Notes under the pieces: generated by a model
Seen by the model: only the letters and a program-made list of their open reading frames with translations
Told to the model about the DNA's origin: nothing
Databases searched by the model: none
Shown: positions 20,547-33,715 of the stretch, piece after piece
Position numbering within the stretch: position 1 is the first letter of the stretch
Layout of the letters: every line of letters starts with the position of its first letter
Source: SAR86 cluster bacterium
GTDB taxonomy: Bacteria > Pseudomonadota > Gammaproteobacteria > Magnimaribacterales > TMED112
Direction: 5' to 3'
DNA: 64,000 nt
Assembly (NCBI GenBank): GCA_023703535.1
Contig: CP097967.1
Span: forward strand, 92,543-156,542
Program-made: the position numbers and the translations under genes

Positions 20547-21236
20547 ATGGAAGAAAAAATAATTAACTACAACGAATTAAAATTTGAGATTCTTAACGAA
20601 AAACCAAAAATTGTTATTGCCTTAAAAAGTAAAAAAATTTTTTCTAAAGTGAATGAAACTAATAAAAAGAAAATATTAAATAACTTATTCAGCCTAAATG
20701 GTTACAAAGATTTTAATCAAAATCATGGAACAAATATTTTTAATCACGATGAAAAGGGTCAAAAAAATTATGATGGTTTCTTCTTGGCTGAAAAGAAAAA
20801 AGCGATGGGGTTAAAAACAGCAGACTGCATACCACTTTTTCTATGGAATAAAAAAGTTGATAAAGTCTTCGGACTTCACTGCGGTTGGAAAGGAATTGTT
20901 AGTGGTATTATTGAGAAGGTCTTAAGTTCTGATAATGGCAAAGATCTAGCTTTTGCATTCTTGGGTCCACATGTCTCTCAAGCAAATTTTGAAGTTCAAA
21001 AGGATCTTATTTCTGCATTAGAAAGAGCAAACTTTGATACTTCCAAGGCTTTAGTTGAGAAAAAACAGGGTTTTTATCTGTCTTTGCGTGAATTATGTCG
21101 CCAAAAATTAGAGAATTTTTCAGTTGAAATTATTAACAAAGAATCAGAGTGTTCTTATGAAAAAAAAGATAAACTTTTCTCTTTCCGAAGAGCGAAAGCA
21201 AAAACTTCTAATAACATTACTTTTACTTGGTTATAA
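20547..21236 (+). CDS. pgeF: PgeF/YfiH family purine nucleoside phosphorylase / polyphenol oxidase-like protein
   Basis: QNHG, TADCIP, HCGWKG, FSFRR; follows rluD. Confidence 0.88.
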   Translation: MEEKIINYNELKFEILNEKPKIVIALKSKKIFSKVNETNKKKILNNLFSLNGYKDFNQNHGTNIFNHDEKGQKNYDGFFLAEKKKAMGLKTADCIPLFLWNKKVDKVFGLHCGWKGIVSGIIEKVLSSDNGKDLAFAFLGPHVSQANFEVQKDLISALERANFDTSKALVEKKQGFYLSLRELCRQKLENFSVEIINKESECSYEKKDKLFSFRRAKAKTSNNITFTWL

Positions 21237-21260
21237 AGGTGTTAAAAACTTAAAAAAAAG

Positions 21261-21289
21261 CTTTATTTTTTTGTTTAAAAAACTACAAT
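21261..21289 (+). promoter_or_regulatory. Probable rRNA operon promoter
   Basis: TTTATT-17 bp-TACAAT with upstream A-tracts and a G-rich discriminator. Confidence 0.5.
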
Positions 21290-21328
21290 GGGGGTTTCCC
21301 CACAATGATGGGGTTGGTCTGATTGAGA

Positions 21329-21357
21329 AAAATTTAGTCACTCATATGTGGGTGCCC
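21329..21357 (+). promoter_or_regulatory. 5' arm of 16S precursor processing stem
   Basis: AAAATTTAGTCAC (21329-41) and GTGGGTGCCC (21348-57) are complementary to GTGACTAAATTTT (22933-45) and GGGCGCCCAC (22919-28) just after the 16S. Confidence 0.8.
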
Positions 21358-21392
21358 AAAAAAAAATCGCCACTTTTAGTGGCAAAACAGTT

Positions 21393-22913
<1,521 letters not shown>

Positions 22914-23033
22914 CGGAAGGGCGCCCACAAGGGTGACTAAATTTTCAGACGATCATAAGATCTATAAAAGAACAATTTGCGAAACTGCAATAAAATTATT
23001 TCAAAGAACAAAGAGTTAACTTTGAGGTTACTT

Positions 23034-25745
<2,712 letters not shown>

Positions 25746-25788
25746 AACCTCAAAGTAAATTCTTTTATTAAGTTTCGCAAATCACGGT

Positions 25789-25898
25789 TGCCCGATAACA
25801 ATAGCTCACTGGAACCACCTAATCCATCTCGAACTTAGAAGTGAAACGGTGTAGCGCCAATGGTAGTGCGTAAGTGCGAGAGTAGGTATTATCGGGCT
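25789..25898 (+). rRNA. rrf: 5S rRNA
   Basis: Terminal helix GCCCGATA/TATCGGGC, CCGAAC-like CTCGAAC, AGTGAAAC, GCGAGAGTAGG. Confidence 0.93.
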
Positions 25899-25971
25899 TT
25901 TTTTTGTTCTTTTTATTACTTGAATTCATCTCATTTTTCCTTTTTAATCAATAGTTCAACTTGGAGAAATT

Positions 25972-26562
25972 ATGAGATATCTATTTACATTATTAATACT
26001 AAATTCTTTTATTCTGCTATCGCATACTAAAGATAGCTCACATGCTAGTGCCGAATGGCAAATTGAAGCCTATGGTTCTGCTGCACCTGATTTTATTGGC
26101 AATTACGCAACAATAATTGGTGGCAATGGAGAAGTTTTGCACGAAGGAAGTAACGGTTGGACTTGTCAGTCAGGTAACAACAGACCTTTTCCTAAAATGG
26201 GTTGGTCAAGTGCTCACGAAGCAATGCCATTATGCATGGATGAAAATGCTTTCAAATTTATGAATGGTAAACAGAGCGAAATGACAGCTGATGGTTGGGC
26301 TTGGATGCTGCATGGTGATGTTGGTGAAGATAACTCCAAACCAGGAGTACTCAATAAGAAAGATAGTGCACCTGGGCAATGGATTGAATCGGGGCCTCAT
26401 ATGATGTTAATGCCTAAAGATCCGGCAACTATTAAGAATATGTCATCAGATTTCACTACTGGTGCACCTTATGTGATGATGCCTAATACACCAATAGCAC
26501 ATTTAATGATTCCATTAACTGGCTATTATGTATATCAGCCAGAATCTAATCCAAAAAATTAA
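25972..26562 (+). CDS. Exported hypothetical protein, Met/His/Trp/Pro-rich
   Basis: GGAG RBS, signal peptide, motifs WAWMLHGD, SGPHMMLMP, PYVMMPNTPIAHLMIP. Confidence 0.8.
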   Translation: MRYLFTLLILNSFILLSHTKDSSHASAEWQIEAYGSAAPDFIGNYATIIGGNGEVLHEGSNGWTCQSGNNRPFPKMGWSSAHEAMPLCMDENAFKFMNGKQSEMTADGWAWMLHGDVGEDNSKPGVLNKKDSAPGQWIESGPHMMLMPKDPATIKNMSSDFTTGAPYVMMPNTPIAHLMIPLTGYYVYQPESNPKN

Positions 26563-26567
26563 TTTTT

Positions 26568-28193
26568 TTGATGGGGGAAAAACACAGCGATTTAATAAAT
26601 AAATCTAGAGCTGCTTTTTTAAAATGGAGAGCTTTACCAGCTCCTGAGCGTGGCAATTACATCAGGTTGTTTGGAGAAGCTCTTCGAGAGCAAAAAAAAG
26701 AAGTTGCAAATCAAATAACATTTGAAGCAAAAAAAATTATTTCAGAATCTGAAGGTGAGGTTCAAGAAGTCATTGATATGTGTGACTTTGCTACTGGTTT
26801 AAGTAGGCAGCTCTATGGTCTCACCATGCCAAGTGAAAGACCTAATCATCGATTGCAGGAGATTTGGCAACCTTTAGGTATTGTTGGTTGTATTACAGCT
26901 TTCAATTTTCCTGTAGCTGTGTTCGGTTGGAATTTTTGTTTAGCTGCTGTTTGCGGCAATAGTATTATTTGGAAACCATCACCTCATAGTGAGGGATGTG
27001 CAGACTTAACAAAAAAAATATGGGATTCTGTCGCAGGTGAATATAAGGATTTGGTTTTAATCAAAAAAGGAGCAAATGAGGCTTCAGTAGAATTTGCTGA
27101 AGATGAAAATATTGCCCTACTTTCTGCCACTGGAAGTTGTGCTATGGGCAAGGCTATTGCGCCAATAGTTTCAGCCAGATTAGGAAGAAACTTACTCGAA
27201 CTTGGTGGGAATAACGCAGCTATTATTTGTCCAACTGCAGATCTGGATTTGACAATTAAAGGTGTGACTTTTTCTGCAGCAGGTACAACTGGTCAAAGAT
27301 GCACAACATTAAGAAGACTCTTCGTACATGAAGACATTTATGAGGAGGTAATAAACAAACTTATACCTTCGTTTGAGAGTTTAAAAATTGGAGATCCTTT
27401 TGATAGAAATATTCAGGTGGGACCTTTAATTTCTGAGCAAAGTTACGATGCTATGAAAAAAACATTAGATGCTTGTTCGAGTAAAGCAAAGAAAATACAT
27501 GGTGGTCAAAAATTAGATATCGAGGGCGGCACATATGTGCAGCCGGCAATTGTTGAAGTTGACAGCCATATCGATGAAATGAAAGATGAGACCTTTGCGC
27601 CAATTCTTTTTGTAATGCCATTTAATAAATTAACTGATGCTATTGAATTGCAAAACTCTGTTAAGCAAGGTTTAAGCAGCTCTATCTTTACTAATGATTT
27701 TCGAGAGTCAGAACTTTTCCTTGGTCCTGAGGGATCAGATTGTGGTATTGCAAATGTGAATATTGGCACAAGCGGCGCAGAAATTGGTGGTGCTTTTGGA
27801 GGAGAAAAAGAAACTGGAGGCGGCCGTGAATCAGGTTCAGATGCATGGAAAGCTTATATGAGAAGAACAACTGCAACTCTTAACTACGGAACAGAATTGC
27901 CCCTTGCTCAAGGAGTAGAGTTTGGAGATAAAGGGAAAATCATGTATGAAGGCATGACATTTGTAAGGACAGAAAATGAATTAATCCCACAAGTAGCAAT
28001 TCATAATCGTCAAAGAATTGAATGGATCGCAGAGGCTGGTGAAGATGGTAGAACTTATGAGGAAATAAATGCACCAAATTCTTACTACAGAAAATGTATT
28101 AAAAGGCGAACTTACCATGGCAATCATTCAAGTATTCTTCAGGACCTAAGGTATGATGTAGCAAGAGGTTGGATAAGATTAAAACATGAATAA
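26568..28193 (+). CDS. Aldehyde dehydrogenase (ALDH7/piperideine-6-carboxylate dehydrogenase-like) with C-terminal extension
   Basis: TAFNFPVAV, LLELGGNN, GQRCTT (catalytic Cys), ETFAP, GGRESGSDAWKAYMRR, LPLAQG. Confidence 0.9.
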   Translation: MMGEKHSDLINKSRAAFLKWRALPAPERGNYIRLFGEALREQKKEVANQITFEAKKIISESEGEVQEVIDMCDFATGLSRQLYGLTMPSERPNHRLQEIWQPLGIVGCITAFNFPVAVFGWNFCLAAVCGNSIIWKPSPHSEGCADLTKKIWDSVAGEYKDLVLIKKGANEASVEFAEDENIALLSATGSCAMGKAIAPIVSARLGRNLLELGGNNAAIICPTADLDLTIKGVTFSAAGTTGQRCTTLRRLFVHEDIYEEVINKLIPSFESLKIGDPFDRNIQVGPLISEQSYDAMKKTLDACSSKAKKIHGGQKLDIEGGTYVQPAIVEVDSHIDEMKDETFAPILFVMPFNKLTDAIELQNSVKQGLSSSIFTNDFRESELFLGPEGSDCGIANVNIGTSGAEIGGAFGGEKETGGGRESGSDAWKAYMRRTTATLNYGTELPLAQGVEFGDKGKIMYEGMTFVRTENELIPQVAIHNRQRIEWIAEAGEDGRTYEEINAPNSYYRKCIKRRTYHGNHSSILQDLRYDVARGWIRLKHE

Positions 28194-28353
28194 CGACAAG
28201 AAGTTTCAATTTTTCAAAGAGGAAATAGAAGCACTTTATAAGAATCAGGAGTTCCTCAACAAAAAATTAAACTTAATTGATAAAAAATTAAATCTCACAA
28301 GAAAACAACTAAATATTCTTGCTAAAGGCGCAGAAGCTGAAGATCAAATATAG
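28186..28353 (+). CDS. 55-aa coiled-coil-like hypothetical protein
   Basis: Below track cutoff: MNNDKKFQFFKEEIEALYKNQEFLNKKLNLIDKKLNLTRKQLNILAKGAEAEDQI; overlaps the ALDH stop, and its TAG abuts the coaE ATG. Confidence 0.55.
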   Translation: MNNDKKFQFFKEEIEALYKNQEFLNKKLNLIDKKLNLTRKQLNILAKGAEAEDQI

Positions 28354-28935
28354 ATGTTTTTGGTTGGTATAACAGGAGGTATTGCTACAGGTAAAACCCT
28401 TGCTTGTGATTTTTTTAAAAAGAAAAAAATTGAGATAGTCGATGCTGATGAAATTTCTCGAAGCTTGCAAGAGGTAGGAGAGAAAGGTTATGAAGAGGTA
28501 GTAAAAGCCTTTGGTAAAGATATTCTAAAACCTAATAAAGAATTAGATAAAGCAAAACTAAGAAAGATAATTTTTTCTGATCAAAAAAAGAAGGAAAAAC
28601 TAGAGGCCATAATGCATCCAATTATTGGTGAAAAGACTATAAAGGATGTAGCAAAAATTAAATCAAAATGGGGTATTTACTCTGCCCCAATTTGGGGAAA
28701 GTACGATAATTTTAATAGAACTCTTGTCATAGACGCTCCAGAAAATACTCAAATTGAAAGAATTGTTAAAAGAGATAAAGTTAGTGAGGAGGAAGCTAAA
28801 ATAATTATAGATAAACAAATGTCTAGGCATGACAGAATATCTTATGCTACAGATTTTATTCTAAACGATTCAAGTATTGAGGATTTTGAACGTAAACTAG
28901 AGTTCTACTTTAATTTTTTTGAGAGTCAATTATGA
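28354..28935 (+). CDS. coaE: Dephospho-CoA kinase
   Basis: GITGGIATGKT P-loop, DADEIS, LEAIMHP, RIVKRD, QM. Confidence 0.95.
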   Translation: MFLVGITGGIATGKTLACDFFKKKKIEIVDADEISRSLQEVGEKGYEEVVKAFGKDILKPNKELDKAKLRKIIFSDQKKKEKLEAIMHPIIGEKTIKDVAKIKSKWGIYSAPIWGKYDNFNRTLVIDAPENTQIERIVKRDKVSEEEAKIIIDKQMSRHDRISYATDFILNDSSIEDFERKLEFYFNFFESQL

Positions 28936-29096
28936 ATGAAAAGGTAAACATGAAATGTCCGCAGTGCAAAAATATTGTAGAAATCAGTTCAGAGTTCAAA
29001 CCTTTTTGTTCGAAGACATGTAAAAATTTAGACTTTTTAAATTGGGCTAATGAAGAAAAATCTATACCTATGCCTGATGATTCCACCAGTGACTAA
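28932..29096 (+). CDS. yacG: DNA gyrase inhibitor YacG
   Basis: Below track cutoff: KCPQC...PFCSKTCKNLDFLNWA; ATGA overlap with coaE, conserved synteny. Confidence 0.88.
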   Translation: MNEKVNMKCPQCKNIVEISSEFKPFCSKTCKNLDFLNWANEEKSIPMPDDSTSD

Positions 29097-29622
29097 TACC
29101 CGCAAAAGCCTCGACTATTGCATTAGACTCATTAATACCACCCAAGGGCACAATTGTGATTTGTGGATATTTATCCTTTAAAGCAAAAAAAGAATCCCAA
29201 CCCATACCTTCAATACCATTCTTTCTTATAACAGGCGAGAGAAAGGCATATGAACAGCCAATATCAATTGCTTGAATAATATCTTGATCATTATGGCATG
29301 AAGCTCCAAGTACTAAATTCTTACTATTTTTGTATTCATAAATTTCTTTGGAGGTAAGATGATAGCCCTTCGCTTTGTATGAAAATTTATTTGGAGAATT
29401 AAGCAACAAAGGTACATTTTCTTTTTTACAAAATTTTTTGACCTCTAAAATAATTTCATCAAGCTGGCCTGTATCCTCTTTTATTCGAAGTATTAGAATT
29501 TTTTTATTAAATCTTTTTGTATTTAGTAATTTTTTTTTAAGAGTTGAAATTTTTTTAAATTCACCAGTAATCAAAAAAAAGGTTTCTGGATCTTTGATGA
29601 GGTCTCTAATATTTTCAGCCAA
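29068..29622 (-). CDS. Thiamine-phosphate-synthase-like (TMP-TENI) domain protein
   Basis: LRIK, GYHLTS, GASCHN, AFLSPV, GWDSF, VPLGGI; TTG start right after secA. Confidence 0.75.
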   Translation of the reverse strand: MAENIRDLIKDPETFFLITGEFKKISTLKKKLLNTKRFNKKILILRIKEDTGQLDEIILEVKKFCKKENVPLLLNSPNKFSYKAKGYHLTSKEIYEYKNSKNLVLGASCHNDQDIIQAIDIGCSYAFLSPVIRKNGIEGMGWDSFFALKDKYPQITIVPLGGINESNAIVEAFAGISHWWNHQA

Positions 29623-29624
29623 GG

Positions 29625-32093
29625 TTAAGTAGTATTTTTTCTAGCTTCGAATTCAGCTTGTGACATTTTTTGAATTTTTATATTAAAAAGTATTTTCACA
29701 GAATCATCTTTAAAAGATTCAATCATGCTATCAAAAAGTTCAAATGATTCTTTTTTAAATTCATTAATTGGGTTTCTCTGAGCATAAGCTCTTAGACCTA
29801 TATTCCCCCTCAAAGAGTCAATATTTTGAAGATGTCTTTTCCAACAGGCATCTAAAACCTGAATCGAAACCTGTCGCTCCAATTCTTTTTTCTTTTCTTT
29901 AAGTGGCTCAAATTTATTTAAATATTCTTCTTTATAGAAATCGTTTAGCACATCCATAATTTCTGCGAAAGTTTGATTTTTATTAAATTCTTTTGGTTCT
30001 GGAGCACTCCCCAAAGACTGACTTAAGCTTTTTGTAAAGTCGTCAAAACTCCAATACTCATTTTGATCCTCAGGCAATGCTTTATCTGCAATTTTTTCTA
30101 GCAGATTATCAAGATATTCAAAAATAAGTTTTTCATTATCATTGTCTTCAAGAAAAAAGTTTCTGAGCTCATACACAGTTAATCTTTGATCATTTGATAC
30201 ATCATCGTATTCAAGAATTTGTTTTCTTATTTCGAAGTTACGATTTTCTATTTTCTTCTGCGCATTTGCTATCGCACCATTTAGAAGAGGATGCTCAATG
30301 CTTGAATCATCCATTCCTTCACTTAATCTTGAGAATAATTGCTTTCTATTTTCATCAATAAAAAGCCTAAGCACTGTATCATCAAGACTTAAAAAGAACT
30401 TTGAGTAACCTGGGTCACCTTGTCTTCCAGATCTTCCTCGCAGCTGATTGTCTATTCTTCTTGATTCATGGCGCTCTGTTCCAATAACATGCAAACCCCC
30501 GGCATCAATCACTTTTTGATGGTTTTGATTCCATTCTTTATCGTCTTCTTTTTTTCCACCCAAAACAATATCAGTTCCACGCCCAGCCATGTTGGTAGCA
30601 ATGGTAATAGCACCTGGTCTTCCAGCCTCCTCAATAATCATTGCCTCTTTCTCGTGATATTTTGCATTTAGAACCTGATGTTTAATGCCAGCTTTTTTCA
30701 GAATAGAAGAAACCTTCTCTGAACTTTCAATTGAAGCCGTTCCCACTAAAATAGGGGCTTCTTTTTTATTTATTTCCTTAATTTCTGTAAGTAATGCGCT
30801 GTATTTATCCTCTTCATTTACGTAGACGACATCATTAACATCCTCTCTTACCATTGTTTGGTTTGTAGGAATGACAACAACACTCATATTATAAATTTGC
30901 TTAAACTCAGCTGCTTCGGTGTCTGCAGTGCCTGTCATACCTGAGATTTGATCAAATAATCTAAAGTAATTTTGGAATGTAGTTGAAGCAAGAGTCTGCG
31001 TTTCTTGTTGAATGGGTACTTTCTCTTTACATTCTAATGCTTGATGAACACCTTCCGAAATTCTTCTGCCAGGCAACTTTCTTCCAGTATTATCATCGAT
31101 TAAAACAACTTTATTCCCCTCTTTTACATAATGAACATCTTTTTCAAAAAGATAATTAGCTTTTAAAGTAGCTTGAATGTATTTAAGGAATTTCAAATTA
31201 TTAGTTGTGTAGAGACTTTCATCTTCCTTAATCATATTTCTGTTGACTAAAAAATTTTCAACTTTTTCAAACCCATTTTCTGTAAGTTCCACTGAGCGAC
31301 CTTTTTCATCTATCAGAAAATCTCCCTTTTCTTCTTCAGATAAAGGTTCTTCATCAGTACCTTCCCTCAATTGCTGTTTTAAATTTGGAATCAATTTAAG
31401 GAAAACAGGGTAAGCAGATGCATCATCATCAGTGGCTCCAGAAATAATCAAAGGAGTTCTTGCCTCATCAATCAAGATTGAGTCTACTTCATCGATAATG
31501 GCAAAATTTAAATCTGCTTGTGATTTTTGATTTCTAAATAAGACCATGTTGTCTCTAAGATAATCAAATCCTAACTCACTGCTAGTGCAGTAAATAATAT
31601 TTGATTCGTAGCTAGATTTTTTTTCTTCAAAACTTTGAGTAGAAGTAAGCGCTGAGACTTTAAGTCCGAAGTACTCATATATTGGAGCCATCCAGGCTGC
31701 ATCACGTTCAGCCAAGTAGTCATTTACCGTCACGACATAAACTTTTTTTCCATTTAAAGCGTTTAATACTGCAGGCAATGTTGCAACAAGTGTCTTTCCT
31801 TCACCTGTTTTCATTTCAGCGATATTTCCATCTTTTAAAACTAGACCTCCTATCATCTGACAGTCAAAATGTCTTAATCCTAGTGTTCTTACCGAAGCTT
31901 CACGCACAGATGCAAAAATATGAGAAAATTTTTCTTCATCTGGCTTTTCATCAAAATGAAGTTCTTTAAAAAAATTTTCATCCTTTGATGACATTTCTTC
32001 TTCTAAAGCGTTTATTTTATTTACAATTTTGGTGTATTCAGAGATTCTCCTTTGATTGGCTGAAGGAAAAATTTTTCTAAGGATATCTAGCAT
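29625..32093 (-). CDS. secA: Preprotein translocase ATPase SecA
   Basis: MKTGEGKTL, DEVDSILIDEARTPLIISG, NMAGRGTDI, QLRGRSGRQGDPG. Confidence 0.98.
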   Translation of the reverse strand: MLDILRKIFPSANQRRISEYTKIVNKINALEEEMSSKDENFFKELHFDEKPDEEKFSHIFASVREASVRTLGLRHFDCQMIGGLVLKDGNIAEMKTGEGKTLVATLPAVLNALNGKKVYVVTVNDYLAERDAAWMAPIYEYFGLKVSALTSTQSFEEKKSSYESNIIYCTSSELGFDYLRDNMVLFRNQKSQADLNFAIIDEVDSILIDEARTPLIISGATDDDASAYPVFLKLIPNLKQQLREGTDEEPLSEEEKGDFLIDEKGRSVELTENGFEKVENFLVNRNMIKEDESLYTTNNLKFLKYIQATLKANYLFEKDVHYVKEGNKVVLIDDNTGRKLPGRRISEGVHQALECKEKVPIQQETQTLASTTFQNYFRLFDQISGMTGTADTEAAEFKQIYNMSVVVIPTNQTMVREDVNDVVYVNEEDKYSALLTEIKEINKKEAPILVGTASIESSEKVSSILKKAGIKHQVLNAKYHEKEAMIIEEAGRPGAITIATNMAGRGTDIVLGGKKEDDKEWNQNHQKVIDAGGLHVIGTERHESRRIDNQLRGRSGRQGDPGYSKFFLSLDDTVLRLFIDENRKQLFSRLSEGMDDSSIEHPLLNGAIANAQKKIENRNFEIRKQILEYDDVSNDQRLTVYELRNFFLEDNDNEKLIFEYLDNLLEKIADKALPEDQNEYWSFDDFTKSLSQSLGSAPEPKEFNKNQTFAEIMDVLNDFYKEEYLNKFEPLKEKKKELERQVSIQVLDACWKRHLQNIDSLRGNIGLRAYAQRNPINEFKKESFELFDSMIESFKDDSVKILFNIKIQKMSQAEFEARKNTT

Positions 32094-33007
32094 TAGATAG
32101 CTTCTTCAATAAGAGGCTTAAGATAGTTTATAGGCGCATCTTTTATTTCATCGATTTCAATAATTTTGTATGCGTTCTCGCTCTCAATCTTTCTTAATAA
32201 TTGATTGTTTAATGCATGCCCGGTTTTAAAACCAAAAAATTCACCTATTAAATTATGTCCAAGTAAATAAAGATCACCAATAGCGTCAAGAATCTTATGT
32301 TTAACAAATTCATCAGCAAATCTGAGTCCACCCTCATTTAAAACATCTTCATCACCTATTCCAATAGCATTATTTAAATTAGCTCCAAGTGCTAAGTTCA
32401 TCTTTTTAAGTTTCTCTAAGTCATCCATTAAGCCAAAAGTTCGTGCTCTGCTTACTTCTCTTATAAAAGAAGTTTGTGAAAAGTCTATTGAGGCACTATG
32501 GGGATATTTGTTATAAACGGGATGATCAAATTCAAGAGTAAAAGTTACTCTAAAACCATCATATGGTTTAATCCTAGCCACAGCATCATCTCTTTGAACT
32601 TGAACAGACTTTGTTACATACACAAATTTTTTCACTGCATTTTGTTCAACAATACCAGCTGTCTGGATTAGGAAAACAAATTGAGTTGAGCTGCCATCCA
32701 TAATTGGAATTTCAGGCCCATCGCAATCAATAATGCAGTTATCAACGCCAGTGCCTGCTAATGCAGAAAGTAAATGCTCAATAGTTGAGATTTTATAATC
32801 TCCATAGACAAGCGTAGTTGAAAGAGTTGTCTCTCCAACGTTTTTAGCAGTGGCTGGAATATCGACAACTTTATCTCCATCAATTCTTCTAAAAAGTATT
32901 CCAGTATTTGGCTCAGCGGGATGAAAAGTTAGTTTAACTTTTTTGCCGGTGTGCAAACCTACTCCTGAGCAAGTAATTTTATTTTTTATTGTTCTTTGTG
33001 AGAGCAT
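32093..33007 (-). CDS. lpxC: UDP-3-O-acyl-N-acetylglucosamine deacetylase
   Basis: QRTI...GVGLHTG, TIEHLLSAL, SRARTFG, HKILDAIGDL. Confidence 0.97.
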   Translation of the reverse strand: MLSQRTIKNKITCSGVGLHTGKKVKLTFHPAEPNTGILFRRIDGDKVVDIPATAKNVGETTLSTTLVYGDYKISTIEHLLSALAGTGVDNCIIDCDGPEIPIMDGSSTQFVFLIQTAGIVEQNAVKKFVYVTKSVQVQRDDAVARIKPYDGFRVTFTLEFDHPVYNKYPHSASIDFSQTSFIREVSRARTFGLMDDLEKLKKMNLALGANLNNAIGIGDEDVLNEGGLRFADEFVKHKILDAIGDLYLLGHNLIGEFFGFKTGHALNNQLLRKIESENAYKIIEIDEIKDAPINYLKPLIEEAI

Positions 33008-33037
33008 TTGGCTATTTTAGTTTATAAATATCTTTTT

Positions 33038-33715
33038 TTATATTTTATTTGTTAACGTGTAAGTCGCTATAGCAGCTGCTATAGAAATATTTAATGATGA
33101 TGTCTGTCCAATTTGCTTGATTTTCAATACTTCATCACAGTTTTTTAAAACTAATTGTTTTATGCCCTTTTGCTCATTGCCAAAAACGAATACATTTTTT
33201 TCAGAGGGCACTAATGTATTTATATCTTTTTTAGCATGCTCAGAAAAACCAGTTACCCAATAATTATTTTCTTTAAGTTTGTTTATGGTCTGACTTATGT
33301 TTGCAACTTTGTATAAATCTAAATCGTAGACACCTCCTGTTGAGGTCTCTATAACAGCCGTGTTATTAAAATCTGCGGAATTATTTTTAGGAATAATGAC
33401 TGAATTAATGCCAAAAAATGATGCAGTCCTTAAACAAGATCCTAAATTTCTTGTATCCTGAACCTCATCAAAAATAAGAACTGATTTCCCTATTTCATAA
33501 TTTGCCGATTTTATATCCCTAACTGCAGGCTCTTTACATGCTGCGTAAAAGTCTTTCGATTTATTTAAAATTTTTATACCAGATTGTTTCGCATTAACAG
33601 CTAATTCAGAAATCTTTTTATCTTTAGGGTTAGGGATATTAATGAATTCAATAATCTCGGGATTAGATTCAATCAGAGTCTCAATACAGTAAAAGTTTTT
33701 TATATTTATTTTCAT
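33038..33715 (-). CDS. rlmB: 23S rRNA Gm2251 2'-O-methyltransferase (SpoU family)
   Basis: DTRNLGSCLRTA, FGNEQKG, SLNISIAA; follows rnr. Confidence 0.85.
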   Translation of the reverse strand: MKINIKNFYCIETLIESNPEIIEFINIPNPKDKKISELAVNAKQSGIKILNKSKDFYAACKEPAVRDIKSANYEIGKSVLIFDEVQDTRNLGSCLRTASFFGINSVIIPKNNSADFNNTAVIETSTGGVYDLDLYKVANISQTINKLKENNYWVTGFSEHAKKDINTLVPSEKNVFVFGNEQKGIKQLVLKNCDEVLKIKQIGQTSSLNISIAAAIATYTLTNKI

